A stretch of 64,000 nt of DNA from Eledone cirrhosa (lineage: Eukaryota): positions 17,918,001 to 17,982,000 of the forward strand of contig OZ024757.1 of assembly GCA_964016885.1 (NCBI GenBank), given 5' to 3'. Within the stretch, counting starts at the first letter, position 1. Each line of letters starts with the position of its first letter. The notes under the pieces are model-generated. The model had not been told where the DNA came from. It did not search any database and saw only the letters and a list, made by a program, of their open reading frames with translations. Positions 25,976 through 39,700 of the stretch are shown here, one piece after another. A program made the position numbers and the translations under genes.

Positions 25976-26973
25976 GATGAGGGCAGTTCAAATATTTTAT
26001 ATCATATGTAGATATAGATATAGTTATATTTGGGGAGGGTCATGTTGTTATAATATTGCCAGAAATATATAATTGTTTCTACTTTTGGCACAAGGCCAGC
26101 AATTATCCCAGTGTATTACTGGTACTTTTAATAATTCATCGCTGATATAGATGTAGATATATAGATATAGATAATTGTATATAAATGTGTGTGTGATTGT
26201 GTGTGTGTATGCAATAAAACTTTGGGTAGAAAGCTTTGTTGTATTTCTCTCGGTTCCAATATCTCAGAGTTCAAATCCTGACGGGGTCCACTTTGCCTTT
26301 CAAACTTTCGGGGTCGATAAAAAAATAACAAGTACTGGGGTTGATATTTTCTCCGAAACTCTTTCGCGCTTTCCTCCCTCTTTCCTCTCTGTCTCCCTAT
26401 CTGTTTGTCTCTCTCATTTGTTAGAAAGAATTGGATGTTTTCAGAGCTGAAAAAGGGAGGGAGGGACTCCGAAAGTTGTAATGGACCTAAGACAAAGAAT
26501 GGCATGACAACGCCATTAGTTGTTACGACTTTATACATACATATAAATGTAGATACATATGTATATACTTATATACGTATATATGTATACGATGCATTGG
26601 AAAAAATGTCACATATCAAGCGATGCCTGTACTTAAAGCTTTTTTAAGTGAGGAAAGGCTTTGCACTGGGCCAATCCCACTCTCTAACATGCATTTACCC
26701 AAAAAGAAGAACTGGTCTACATCATTGGATGTAATTTTATTTTGAACCGTTTCTGTTTCACATTTGAAAATAGGATATTATCCCTGAAATATTATGTGGA
26801 AATATTCTGGGTAAAACATTATTTTATTTTGTTTTATTTGTCATCCTTACCCTTTATATATTTCTACCTCATTGTACCGGCTTCTGAAACTTATCAGTAT
26901 TTTATTACATATCTCCCAATGCTTGTTATTAACAATATATATTTGTTTTTTTTCCTCCTCTCTCTTTCTCTAG

Positions 26974-26989
26974 ACCGAATATGAAATAG
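26974..26989 (+). CDS. S1A serine protease exon 2 (16-nt microexon, propeptide TEYEI)
   Basis: Long pyrimidine tract plus TAG acceptor, donor GTATGT. Converts phase 0 to phase 1, exactly as needed to join exons 1 and 3. Confidence 0.7.
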
Positions 26990-27099
26990 GTATGTATGCA
27001 CTTCTACTATTTATTTACTCTCCGGTCATTTGGTTCAATTCTTGGGCTGGGTTGTGTGTTTTGTTCTTGAGAAAACAATTTATTTTAAGCTGGTCAAGT

Positions 27100-27252
27100 A
27101 TACTCAGCTGAAAATGAGTACTAGCAATAGCTGGGGGTTTAACCCTGCGAAGGATTGGCGTCATTTCCAGGGGTGTTTTGTATTCTCAGTCGCTTAACGC
27201 CAGGAAAACCAGGATAAGCATCGGACTGAAGAGCATCGTGACGTTTACTTTG
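27100..27252 (+). mobile_element. SINE fragment with V-domain-like core
   Basis: AACCCTGCGAAGGATTGGCGTC..TCCAGGGG..CAGTCGCTT..GAAAACC.GGATAAGC. Confidence 0.5.
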
Positions 27253-27335
27253 CTAGAAATTTAGTGAATAGAAGCATAAACAGTATTTAAGTATTTGAAT
27301 GGTCACAATAACTTATTTATTAAATATAATATATT

Positions 27336-29142
27336 TACAGTAACTGTTATTTATGATATAACTACATATTAAATCTAATGGTTAGAGTAACTGTTATTTA
27401 TGATATAACTACATATTAAATCTAATAGTTAGAGTAACTGTTATTTATGATATAACTACATATTAGATATAATAGTTAGAGTAACTGTTATTTATGATAT
27501 AACTACATATTAAATCTAATAGTTAGAGTAACTGTTATTTATGATATAACTACATATTAAATCTAATAGCTAGAGTAACTGTTATTTATGATATAACTAC
27601 ATATTAAATCTAATAGTTAGAGTAACTGTTATGATATAACTACATATTAGATATAATAGTTAGAGTAACTGTTATTTATGATATAACTACATATTAAATC
27701 TAATAGTTAGAGTAACTGTTATTTATGATATAACTACATATTAAATCTAATAGTTAGAGTAACTGTTATTTATGATATAACTACATATTAAATCTAATAG
27801 TTAGAGTAACTGTTATGATATAACTACATATTAGATATAATAGTTAGAGTAACTGTTATTTATGATATAACTACATATTAAATCTAATAGTTAGAGTAAC
27901 TGTTATGATATAACTACATATTAGATATAATAGTTAGAGTAACTGTTATTTATGATATAACTACATATTAGATATAATAGTTAGAGTAACTGTTATTTAT
28001 GATATAACTACATATTAAATCTAATAGTTAGAGTAACTGTTATTTATGATATAACTACATATTAAATCTAATAGTTAGAGTAACTGTTATGATATAACTA
28101 CATATTAGATATAATAATTAGAATAACTGTTATTTATGATATAACTACATATTAGATATAATAGTTACAGTAACTGTTATGATGTAACTACATACTAAAT
28201 ATAATAGTTACAGTAACTGTTATGATGTAACTACATACTAAATATAATAATTACAGTAACTGTTATGATGTAACTACATACTAAATATAATAGTTACAGT
28301 AACTGTTATGATGTAACTACATACTAAATATAATAGTTACAGTAACTGTTATGATGTAACTACATACTAAATATAATAGTTACAGTAACTGTTATGATAT
28401 AACTACATACTAAATATAATAGTTAGAGTAACTGTTATGATGTAACTACATACTAAATCTAATAGTTACAGTAACTGTTATGATGTAACTACATACTAAA
28501 TATAATAGTTACAGTAATTGTTATGATGTAACTACATACTAAATCTAATAGTTACAGTAACTGTTATGATATAACTACATACTAAATATAATAATTACAG
28601 TAACTGTTATGATGTAACTACATACTAAATATAATAGTTACAGTAACTGTTATGATGTAACTACATACTAAATATAATAGTTACAGTAACTGTTATGATG
28701 TAACTACATACTAAATATAATAGTTACAGTAACTGTTATGATATAACTACATACTAAATATAATAGTTAGAGTAACTGTTATGATGTAACTACATACTAA
28801 ATCTAATAGTTACAGTAACTGTTATGATGTAACTACATACTAAATATAATAGTTACAGTAATTGTTATGATGTAACTACATACTAAATATAATAGTTACA
28901 GTAACTGTTATGATGTAACTACATACTAAATATAATAGTTACAGTAATTGTTATGATGTAACTACATACTAAATATAATAGTTAGAGTAACTGTTATGAT
29001 GTAACTACATACTAAATATAATAGTTACAGTAATTGTTATGATGTAACTACATACTAAATATAATAGTTACAGTAACTGTTATGATGTAACTACATACTA
29101 AATATAATAGTTACAGTAACTGTTATGATGTAACTACATATG
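27336..29142. repeat. 47/43-bp AT-rich satellite in intron 2
   Basis: AGTAACTGTTATTTATGATATAACTACATATTAAATCTAATAGTTAG, grading into a 43-bp variant. Confidence 0.95.
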
Positions 29143-29226
29143 AAACCTAAACGCCAGAATGATGTATGTTTATGATGACGTAAATACTTATTTAATCTAA
29201 TTCTTCTTCCTTTCCCTCCATTGCAG

Positions 29227-29392
29227 ATCCGTCCCTATTCATTAACAGTTCCTACATTGTTGCTGGTCAAGCGGCCCAAAGCTGTGAATTTAAATCGATT
29301 GTTTTTTTACAAATCAAAAAAGCTGGCAAAACGTTTCTCTGTGGAGGCACCATCATTGATTCCAACCATGTGATCACCGCTGCACATTGTGT
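29227..29392 (+). CDS. S1A serine protease exon 3 (activation site, catalytic His)
   Basis: PSLFINSSY|IVAGQ..CGGTIIDSNHVITAAHC; CAG acceptor, GTACGT donor. Confidence 0.95.
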
Positions 29393-29432
29393 GTACGTAA
29401 CAATTTTTTCCGAATCATAATTAATTAGGTTT

Positions 29433-29720
29433 ATGGCCGTGTGGTTAAGGAGCTCACTTCGCAATCATATGGTCCCTAGATCGATCCCACCGCATGGCAT
29501 CTTGGGGGCAATTGACTTGGGTTCACCCGTGTCTTTTGTGTGAAACTGAGTCGAGGGGAAACTGTTTGGAAGCACGTTGGAAGGCCTTTATCTCTAATTT
29601 CAAAAGCCATCCTTGTCACGCAATCTATCACGCTGAATTTCCCGGAGAATTATGTGGGACACTGTTAATTTTATGAGCAACTGGATCATACATCGTCGAA
29701 ATCGACGAAGGCTTATTTCC
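29433..29720 (+). mobile_element. tRNA-derived SINE, second family
   Basis: TGGCCGTGTGGTTAAG A-box and GATCGATCCC B-box-like head. Confidence 0.6.
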
Positions 29721-30399
29721 TAATTAAGCGCAGGTATGTCTATGTGGTTAAATAGTTTACATTGCACCCATGTGGGTCTAGATTTGAGTTCTGTCTAGGT
29801 GGTTATGGATGACTGAGGACTGCACACCCAAGGTACTGTTATACAGTTAGCTCCATAATGGTGGACGTAATGTAGGTAGATCATTACTCAGATGTAAAGA
29901 CAAACTGAGGTAGAATCTTAAATCTGTGAATATAAGGCTCACTTCTTTTGAAGCTTAGCTGTTGACCGTAGAAAATGGAGAGCTGTTTGTTACGAAGGTA
30001 TAAAGAACTATGCAAACATATGGCCGGGTCAATCTTCGTGATCTAAGATCTAACACTAGGATCATATCAAACGTCCAGTACGTTCAGCAGATGAAATATT
30101 TATAAATATTTCATCTTATGAGCGTACTGGACGTTTCTGTGAAGATCGTCTAGTTTCAGGAAACCGTTGGTAATGGAATAATTATAGTATTTTGTTTAAA
30201 ATATATATATATATACATTCATACATACATACATATATATATATATATATTTATTTACGTATAGCACGGAGCATATGTGCATAAATACACATGCACCGTG
30301 TTGTATTATGACAGTATTTTGTTAGCTCAATGTACAGGAACAGAGCCGTTATATGCAAAAGAAACCAAAGAACGCTTACATACTCAAACAGTTTTTATT

Positions 30400-30445
30400 T
30401 TCTTACAATGTTTCATCCATACCGTTTGGTAGGGATCCTCAGAGC
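30400..30445 (-). ncRNA. Type-I hammerhead motif (same family as 55452-55489)
   Basis: Minus strand CT-CTGAGGA-TCCcTACC aaac GGTAtGGAt-GAAAC ATT GTA-AG then AATAAA; the flank AACAGAGCCG is shared with the 55390 region. Confidence 0.6.
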
Positions 30446-30568
30446 TTAATAAACACAATGCTGAGTATAACGAAACTGTGTCCGATGAAGGACAACTGAT
30501 GACCAGATTCTCTTTGTTATTTCCTTGTTTTTATTATCGGTTCGCTCATGCCTCACAGTTTTTGTCTC

Positions 30569-31213
<645 letters not shown>

Positions 31214-31346
31214 TAGATATATCCACTTTAAATAGAATTTCATTCTGATGAGCGATTTCAGACGTCTGTGTTGAGCTCGTCTGTCTTCGTGAGACCTTTG
31301 GTAAATGGAATAATTGTCTTATGTTGTTTATTACATAACTAAATAA

Positions 31347-32353
<1,007 letters not shown>

Positions 32354-32357
32354 CAAT

Positions 32358-32600
32358 GATATTAAATTAATGGAAACTATATTTATAAAACCATATTTAT
32401 TCTATTATATATATTTCAAGGGTACCAATATTTCGGTACGCTATCATCAGATAAAATACGAAGTGTGTTTCATAAATTTTGACATAACCAAGAAACATAC
32501 CTTAACGGTTCAAGTTTCCTTGGATAGTCGAGTGCTCTGAATCAGTTATAAACATTTATATTTGTTGAATTACCAACAAATTGAATATCCCTTCTGCTTA
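32358..32600. mobile_element. pLTR-like segment with minus-strand hammerhead (32399-32457) and tail
   Basis: Minus strand ATTTTAT-CTGATGA-tAGcGTACCG aaatat TGGTACcCTt-GAAAT ATAT ATA-ATAGAAT. Confidence 0.7.
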
Positions 32601-32647
32601 GGTATATATATATATATATATATATATAAATCTTGTCTTCCTTCTAG

Positions 32648-32769
32648 CGCTACTGGTGTAACTAGTGTTGCAGTGTTCTACGGTGCTACCTCACCAACAT
32701 CCGCCAAAGTTACTTATGTCAATATAATCAGGCCCCATCCTGGATTCTACACGACCAGACGTGCTCTCC
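32648..32769 (+). CDS. S1A serine protease exon 4
   Basis: ATGVTSVAVFYGATSPTSAKVTYVNIIRPHPGFYTTRRAL; TAG acceptor, GTATGT donor, phases 2 and 1 fit the neighbouring exons. Confidence 0.9.
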
Positions 32770-32957
32770 GTATGTACTAGTTCTACACTTTTTTAAACAT
32801 GTACACACAAATAATTAGATTGAACTATTTTGAAGCGTTTCTAGTACATGGCACAAAACCTATACATTTGAAACCATCTACGCATTTATGAACAAAAAAC
32901 CTTCATTCGCAATCTTCCATATATATATATTATTAACTTCTTTAGATCCGACGAGAT

Positions 32958-33178
32958 CTCATATATGAAATAACTGTTTTTACTTTTGGCACAAGGCCAG
33001 CAATTATCCCAGTACATTACTGCTACTCTATTTTATTGACCCTGTAAGGATGAAAAGCAAAGTTAACCTCGGCGGGATTTGAACTCAGACCGTAAAGGGC
33101 CGTAACTCTATGCTGCAAAGCATGGCGTCCGACTCTCTACCGATACTGCGAATCCACCGCCCTCATATATGAAATAAC
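32958..33178 (-). mobile_element. Full-length tRNA-SINE with 17-bp TSD
   Basis: CTCATATATGAAATAAC at 32958 and at 33162. Confidence 0.9.
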
Positions 33179-34420
33179 GTTCAGCCATCTTGGTTTTACC
33201 CGATGATAACTAAACTAGTAGATATAGAATGATTATGTCTTATGCTGGTTGATCTTTGAAACCTTAGGTATCAGTGTTGAGATGTTATTCATATAATATA
33301 ATTTGGCTCTCTACATTACATAGAACACCCTTTTTCCTTGTTCTACTTCGGAAACTCTTGTCACTATGTACACACACACACACACATGCACATACACACA
33401 CATATACCCATACACACTTACACACATACATGGTGGCTGCCAACTCGTTTTCGAGTACGGCCACTACCTTATATGCATGTAGGAGAACCCCTACCGATGC
33501 GCTGAACGAGTGTGACTTTTTAGTCCAGCCAGCGACTTGAAAACTCTGGTACAAACACTACACTTGTGACAATTATTGACACATAGTGCTGGGCCCATGG
33601 TACCATGTGATGACAAGTGCAGAGAGATCTCCAGATAGAAAGCAATGCCTGTGCCGTATGTGTATGTATGTGTGGGGCATATTTTCTGTGAAGAGAGGGA
33701 CCAGTTTGTTAGATACAGTTTATTATGTGCCTACGACACGTGACATCCTAAATGTGAAGCCTAACGTTTGGAGCGAATCAGTGGACCTCATAAGATATGT
33801 AATAAAAAATCTGATAATTTTCAACAAGCCAGGAAAATTGAACTAAATAACTGGAGGGTAAATAAATAGTAGAAGTGCATACATACTTATTTCATATTCG
33901 GTCTAGAGAAAGAGAGAGGGGGAAAATACAAATATATATTGTTAATAAGAAGCATTGAGATATGTAATAAAATACTGATAAGTTTCAGAAGCGGGAACAA
34001 TGAGCTAGAAATATATAAAGAGCAATGGATGACAAATAAAACAAAAAGTAATATTTTACCCAGAACATTTCAACATGATATTTCAGGGTTATAACCCTCT
34101 TTTCAAATCTGGAGCTGAAACAGTTCAATCTATAAAGTATACGGCTACGGCCCTTTATATTCTCAGTTCAAATGCCGCCGAGGTTAGTTTTGCCTTTCAT
34201 CCTTACGAGATCGATAAAATAAAGTACCAGTAACACACTGAGGTCGATTCAGTCGGCTTTCTCCTACCCCGTTCAAATTGCTAGCCGTATGACGAAACAA
34301 TTATTTTTCCACCGAGTCATTTCTTAACCGTGCAACGTCGGGTACTTCTACTTATATATGAAATTGCTACACATTTCATATGTTCTTCCTAATTACGATA
34401 ATTCTTTTTTCAATTTTCAG

Positions 34421-34555
34421 ATAATGACGTAGCCCTTTTGAAACTTCACAAACCAATACAAATGTCACGATGTGTACAACCAATGAAATTAGCAGCGAAA
34501 GCCAGTAACTTCGGCGGTAAAACTTGTCTAACTGCAGGCTGGGGAAAAACCTCAT
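34421..34555 (+). CDS. S1A serine protease exon 5 (catalytic Asp)
   Basis: NDVALLKLHKPI....VQP..LA.....GKTCLTAGWGKTS; CAG acceptor, GTAAG donor. Confidence 0.95.
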
Positions 34556-34564
34556 GTAAGATGA

Positions 34565-34845
34565 ATATATAATATATGATATAATGATATATAATGACAT
34601 ATAATATAATATAATATAATATAATATAATATAATATAATATAATATGATATAATATAATATAATATAATATAATATGATATAATATAATATAATATAAT
34701 ATAATATAATATAATATAATATAATATAATATGATATAATATAATATAATATAATATAATATAATATAATATAATATAATATGATATAATATAATATAAT
34801 ATAATATGATATAATATAATATAATATAATATAATATAATGTAAT
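34565..34845. repeat. (ATAAT)n pentanucleotide repeat
   Basis: Direct inspection. Confidence 0.95.
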
Positions 34846-35345
34846 GTAAGTTGAATGTAGTGAGCTTCTATTTCAGTAGATTTAGAAATGGTCCCGTGTT
34901 CCCTGTTGAATATAGTGAGCTTCTATTTCAGTAGATTTAGTAGGTGTTCCATGTTGAATGTGGTGGTGAGCTAACACCACAGTTGCTATTATTCACTCAA
35001 AATATATTTGGTTAATCCATTAATTAATTGTCAAAGCCCTTTCGTTACGGTCTGAAACCTTATCGATCACATTTACTTTTTTCTCTTTTGTCAGTCTGCC
35101 TTTTATCGGGGCCGCAATTAACTAATTATCGAAGTAATTTCGTTACACTCTGTGATCTTATCGATGACTTTTCTCCTTCGTGTCTCCTATTTCATTCATT
35201 TTTACTCCATTATTATGCCATCTCATCAGTCAGAAGAGATAGGATAATAGTAAATTACGTGTGGATGAAAGATGAAGTATTGTAGACGAAAGGAGCGAAA
35301 CGGAGGGCAAGAGTTTGCTTAAATCCTCAATGATTTATTTTGCAG

Positions 35346-35488
35346 GGACAACCCAACCAGTAAAGAATCTTCGTAAAGTCAACCTTCCAATAATGTCTTA
35401 CACAGAATGTCACGGCAAATGGGATTACATCGGCCATGAACACATTTGTGCTGGGGACTGGATTCCTGGCGGTCCTTCCCCCTGTCAG
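35346..35488 (+). CDS. S1A serine protease exon 6
   Basis: LRKVNLPIMSYTEC....IGHEHICAG...GGPSPCQ; CAG acceptor, GTAAG donor. Confidence 0.95.
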
Positions 35489-35559
35489 GTAAGATTATTT
35501 CATACGTGTTTTACTGAGAGAGATATATCCTTAACTTATTGCTGGAATAATCCCATTAA

Positions 35560-36421
35560 ACTGTCTACCCTGTCTGGCAACTGTCTGGCAACTGTCTACC
35601 CTGTCTGGCAACTGTCTGGCAACTGTCTACCCTGTCTGGCAACTGCCTGGCAACTGTCTACCCTGTCTGGCAACTGTCTGGCAACTGTCTGGCAACTGTC
35701 TGGCAACTGCCTACCCTGTCTGGCAACTGTCTACCCTGTTTGGCAACTGTCTGGCAACTGCCTACCCTGTCTGGCAACTGTCTGGCAACTGTCTGGCAAC
35801 TGTCTGGCAACTGCCTACCCTGTCTAGCAACTGTCTGGCAACTGTCTGGAAACTGCCTACCCTGTCTACCCTGTCTGGCAACTATCTGGCAACTGTCTGG
35901 CAACTGTCTACCCTGTCTGGCAACTGTCTGGCAACTGTCTGGCAACTGCCTACCCTGTCTGGCAACTGTCTGGCAACTGTCTGGCAACTGCCTACCCTGT
36001 CTGGCAACTGTCTGGCAACTGCCTACCCTGTCTGGCAACTGTCTGGCAACTGTCTACCCTGTCTGGCAACTATCTGGCAACTGCCTACCCTGTCTGGCAA
36101 CTGTCTGGCAACTGTCTGGCAACTGGCTACCCTGTCTGGAAACAGCCTACCCTGTCTGGCAACTGTCTGGCAACTGTCTACCCTGATGGAAACTGTCTAC
36201 CATGTCTGGCAACTGTCTGGCAACTATCTACTCTGTCTGGAAACTGTCTACCCTGTCTACCCTGTCTACCCTGTCTACCCTGTCTACTCTGTCTACCCTG
36301 TCTGGCAACTGTCTACCCTGTCTACCCTGTCTGGCAACTGTCTACCCTGTCTACCCTGTCTGGCAACTATCTGGCAACTGTCTGGCAACTGTCTACCCTG
36401 TCTACCCTGTCTACCCTGTCT
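35560..36421. repeat. Two-unit minisatellite (CTGTCTGGCAA 11-mer / CTGTCTACC 9-mer)
   Basis: Direct inspection. Confidence 0.95.
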
Positions 36422-36510
36422 TACAAGGAATATTGGCCTTTCTTCCTCGCCAGATCCATAAAAAAGCACTGGGTCGATTCTATCTTCTATAGTTTTACAC
36501 TTCCTCTCTA

Positions 36511-36581
<71 letters not shown>

Positions 36582-36770
36582 ACACACACACACTCACACA
36601 CGCAACCAGTCACACACTCACACACACATACACACACACACAACCACTCACACATTCACACACTCACACACACACACTCACACACTCACACACATACTCA
36701 CTCTCTCTCTCACACACACACACACAGACACAACCACCCACACACGCACACACTCTCTCTCACTCTCTCT

Positions 36771-39700
36771 GAATGTCATAGTCGTAAGAACGTCAGATAG
36801 AATGCCATAGTCGTAAGAACCTCAGATAGAATGTCATAGTCGTAAGAACGTCAGATAGAATGTCATAGTCGTAAGAACGTCAGATAGAATGTCATAGTCA
36901 TAAGAACCTCAGATAGAATGTCATAGTCTTAAGAACGTCAGATAGAATGCCATAGTCGTAAGAACGTCAGATAGAATGTCATAGTCATAAGAACCTCAGA
37001 TAGAATGTCATAGTCGTAAGAACGTCAGATAGAATGCCATAGTCGTAAGAACGTCAGATAGAATGCCATAGTCGTAAGAACCTCAGAGAGAATGTCATAG
37101 TCGTAAGAACGTCAGATAGAATGCCATAGTCGTAAGAACGTCAGATAGAATGCCATAGTCGTAAGAACCTCAGATAGAATGCCATAGTCGTAAGAACCTC
37201 AGAGAGAATGTCATAGTCGTAAGAACCTCAGATAGAATGCCATAGTCGTAAGAACGTCAAATAGAATGCCATAGTCGTAAGAACGTCAGATAGAATGTCA
37301 TAGTCGTAAGAACGTCAGATAGAATGTCATAGTCGTAAGAACCTCAGATAGAATGCCATAGTCGTAAGAACGTCAGAGAGAATGTCATAGTCGTAAGAAC
37401 GTCAGATAGAATGCCATAGTCGAAAGAACCTCAGATAGAATGCCATAGTCGTAAGAACCTCAGAGAGAATGTCATAGTCGTAAGAACGTCAGATAGAATG
37501 CCATAGTCGTAAGAACGTCAGATAGAATGTCATAGTCGTAAGAACCTCAGATAGAATGTCATAGTCGTAAGAACCTCAGATAGAATGCCATAGTCGTAAG
37601 AACCTCAGAGAGAATGTCATAGTCGTAAGAACCTCAGAGAGAATGTCATAGTCGTAAGAACCTCAGAGAGAATGCCATAGTCGTAAGAACCTCAGATAGA
37701 ATGTCATAGTCGTAAGAACGTCAGATAGAATGTCATAGTCGTAAGAACGTCAGATAGAATGCCATAGTCGTAAGACGTCAGATAGAATGCCATAGTCGTA
37801 AGAACGTCAGATAGAATGCCATAGTCGTAAGAACGTCAGATAGAATGTCATAGTCGTAAGACGTCAGATAGAATGCCATAGTCGTAAGAACCTCAGAGAG
37901 AATGTCATAGTCGTAAGAACGTCAGATAGAATGTCATAGTCGTAAGAACGTCAGATAGAATGCCATAGTCGTAAGAACCTCAGAGAGAATGTCATAGTCG
38001 TAAGAACATCAGATAGAATGCCATAGTCGTAAGAACGTCAGATAGAATGTCATAGTCGTAAGAACGTCAGATAGAATGCCATAGTCGTAAGAACCTCAGA
38101 TAGAATGCCATAGTCGTAAGAACCTCAGAGAGAATGCCATAGTCGTAAGAACCTCAGAGAGAATGCCATAGTCGTAAGAACCTCAGATAGAATGTCATAG
38201 TCGTAAGAACCTCAGATAGAATGTCATAGTCGTAAGAACGTCAGAGAGAATGTCATAGTCGTAAGAACGTCAGATAGAATGTCATAGTCGTAAGAACGTC
38301 AGATAGAATGTCACAGTCGTAAGTAAGAACGTAAGATAGAATGTCGTAGTCGTAAGAACGTCAGATAGAATATCATAGTCGTAAGTAAGAACGTCAGATA
38401 GAATGTCATAGTCGTAAGAACGTCAGATAGAATGCCATAGTCGTAAGAACGTCAGATAGAATGTCATAGTCGTAAGAACGTCAGATAGAATGTCACAGTC
38501 GTAAGTAAGAACGTCAGATAGAACATCATAGTCGTAAGTAAGAACGTCAGATAGAATGTCATAGTCGTAAGAACGTCAGATAGAATATCATAGTCGTAAG
38601 AACGTCAGATAGAATGTCATAGTCGTAAGAACGTCAGATAGAATGTCACAGTCGTAAGTAAGAACATCAGATAGAATATCATAGTCGTAAGTAAGAACAT
38701 CAGATAGAATGTCGTAGTCGTAAGAACGTCAGATAGAATATCATAGTCGTAAGTAAGAACGTCAGATAGAATATCATAGTCGTAAGTAAGAACGTCAGAT
38801 AGAATATCATAGTCGTAAGTAAGAACGTCAGATAGAATATCATAGTCGTAAGAACCTCAGAGAGAATGCCATAGTCGTAAGAACGTCAGATAGAATACCA
38901 TAGTCGTAAGAACCTCAGAGAGAATGTCATAGTCGTAAGAACGTCAGATAGAATGCCATAGTCGTAAGAACGTCAGATAGAATGTCACAGTCGTAAGTAA
39001 GAACGTAAGATAGAATGTCGTAGTCGTAAGAACGTCAGATAGAATGTCATAGTCGTAAGTAAGAACGTCAGATAGAATGCCGTAGTCGTAAGAACGTCAG
39101 ATAGAATATCATAGTCGTAAGTAAGAACGTCAGATAGAATGTCGTAGTCGTAAGAACGTCAGATAGAATGTCATAGTCGTAAGTAAGAACGTCAGATAGA
39201 ATGTCATAGTCGTAAGAACGTCAGATAGAATGTCATAGTCGTAAGAACGTCAGATAGAATGTCATAGTCGTAAGAACGTCAGATAGAATGTCATAGTCGT
39301 AATAACGTCAGATAGAATATTATAGTCGTAAGAACGTCAGATAGAATGTCACAGTCGTAAGTAAGAACATCAGATAGAATATCATAGTCGTAAGTAAGAA
39401 CATCAGATAGAATGTCGTAGTCGTAAGAACGTCAGATAGAATGTCATAGTCGTAAGAACGTCAGATAGAATGTCACAGTCGTAAGTAAGAACATCAGATA
39501 GAATATCATAGTCGTAAGTAAGAACATCAGATAGAATGTCGTAGTCGTAAGAACGTCAGATAGAATGTCATAGTCGTAAGAACGTCAGATAGAATGTCAC
39601 AGTCGTAAGTAAGAACATCAGATAGAATATCATAGTCGTAAGTAAGAACATCAGATAGAATGTCGTAGTCGTAAGAACGTCAGATAGAATGTCATAGTCG

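Noticed and set aside
35489-36492. ORF extension of protease exon 6 into LSGNCLATVWQ repeats
   Set aside because: Read-through past a canonical GTAAG donor into an intronic minisatellite.
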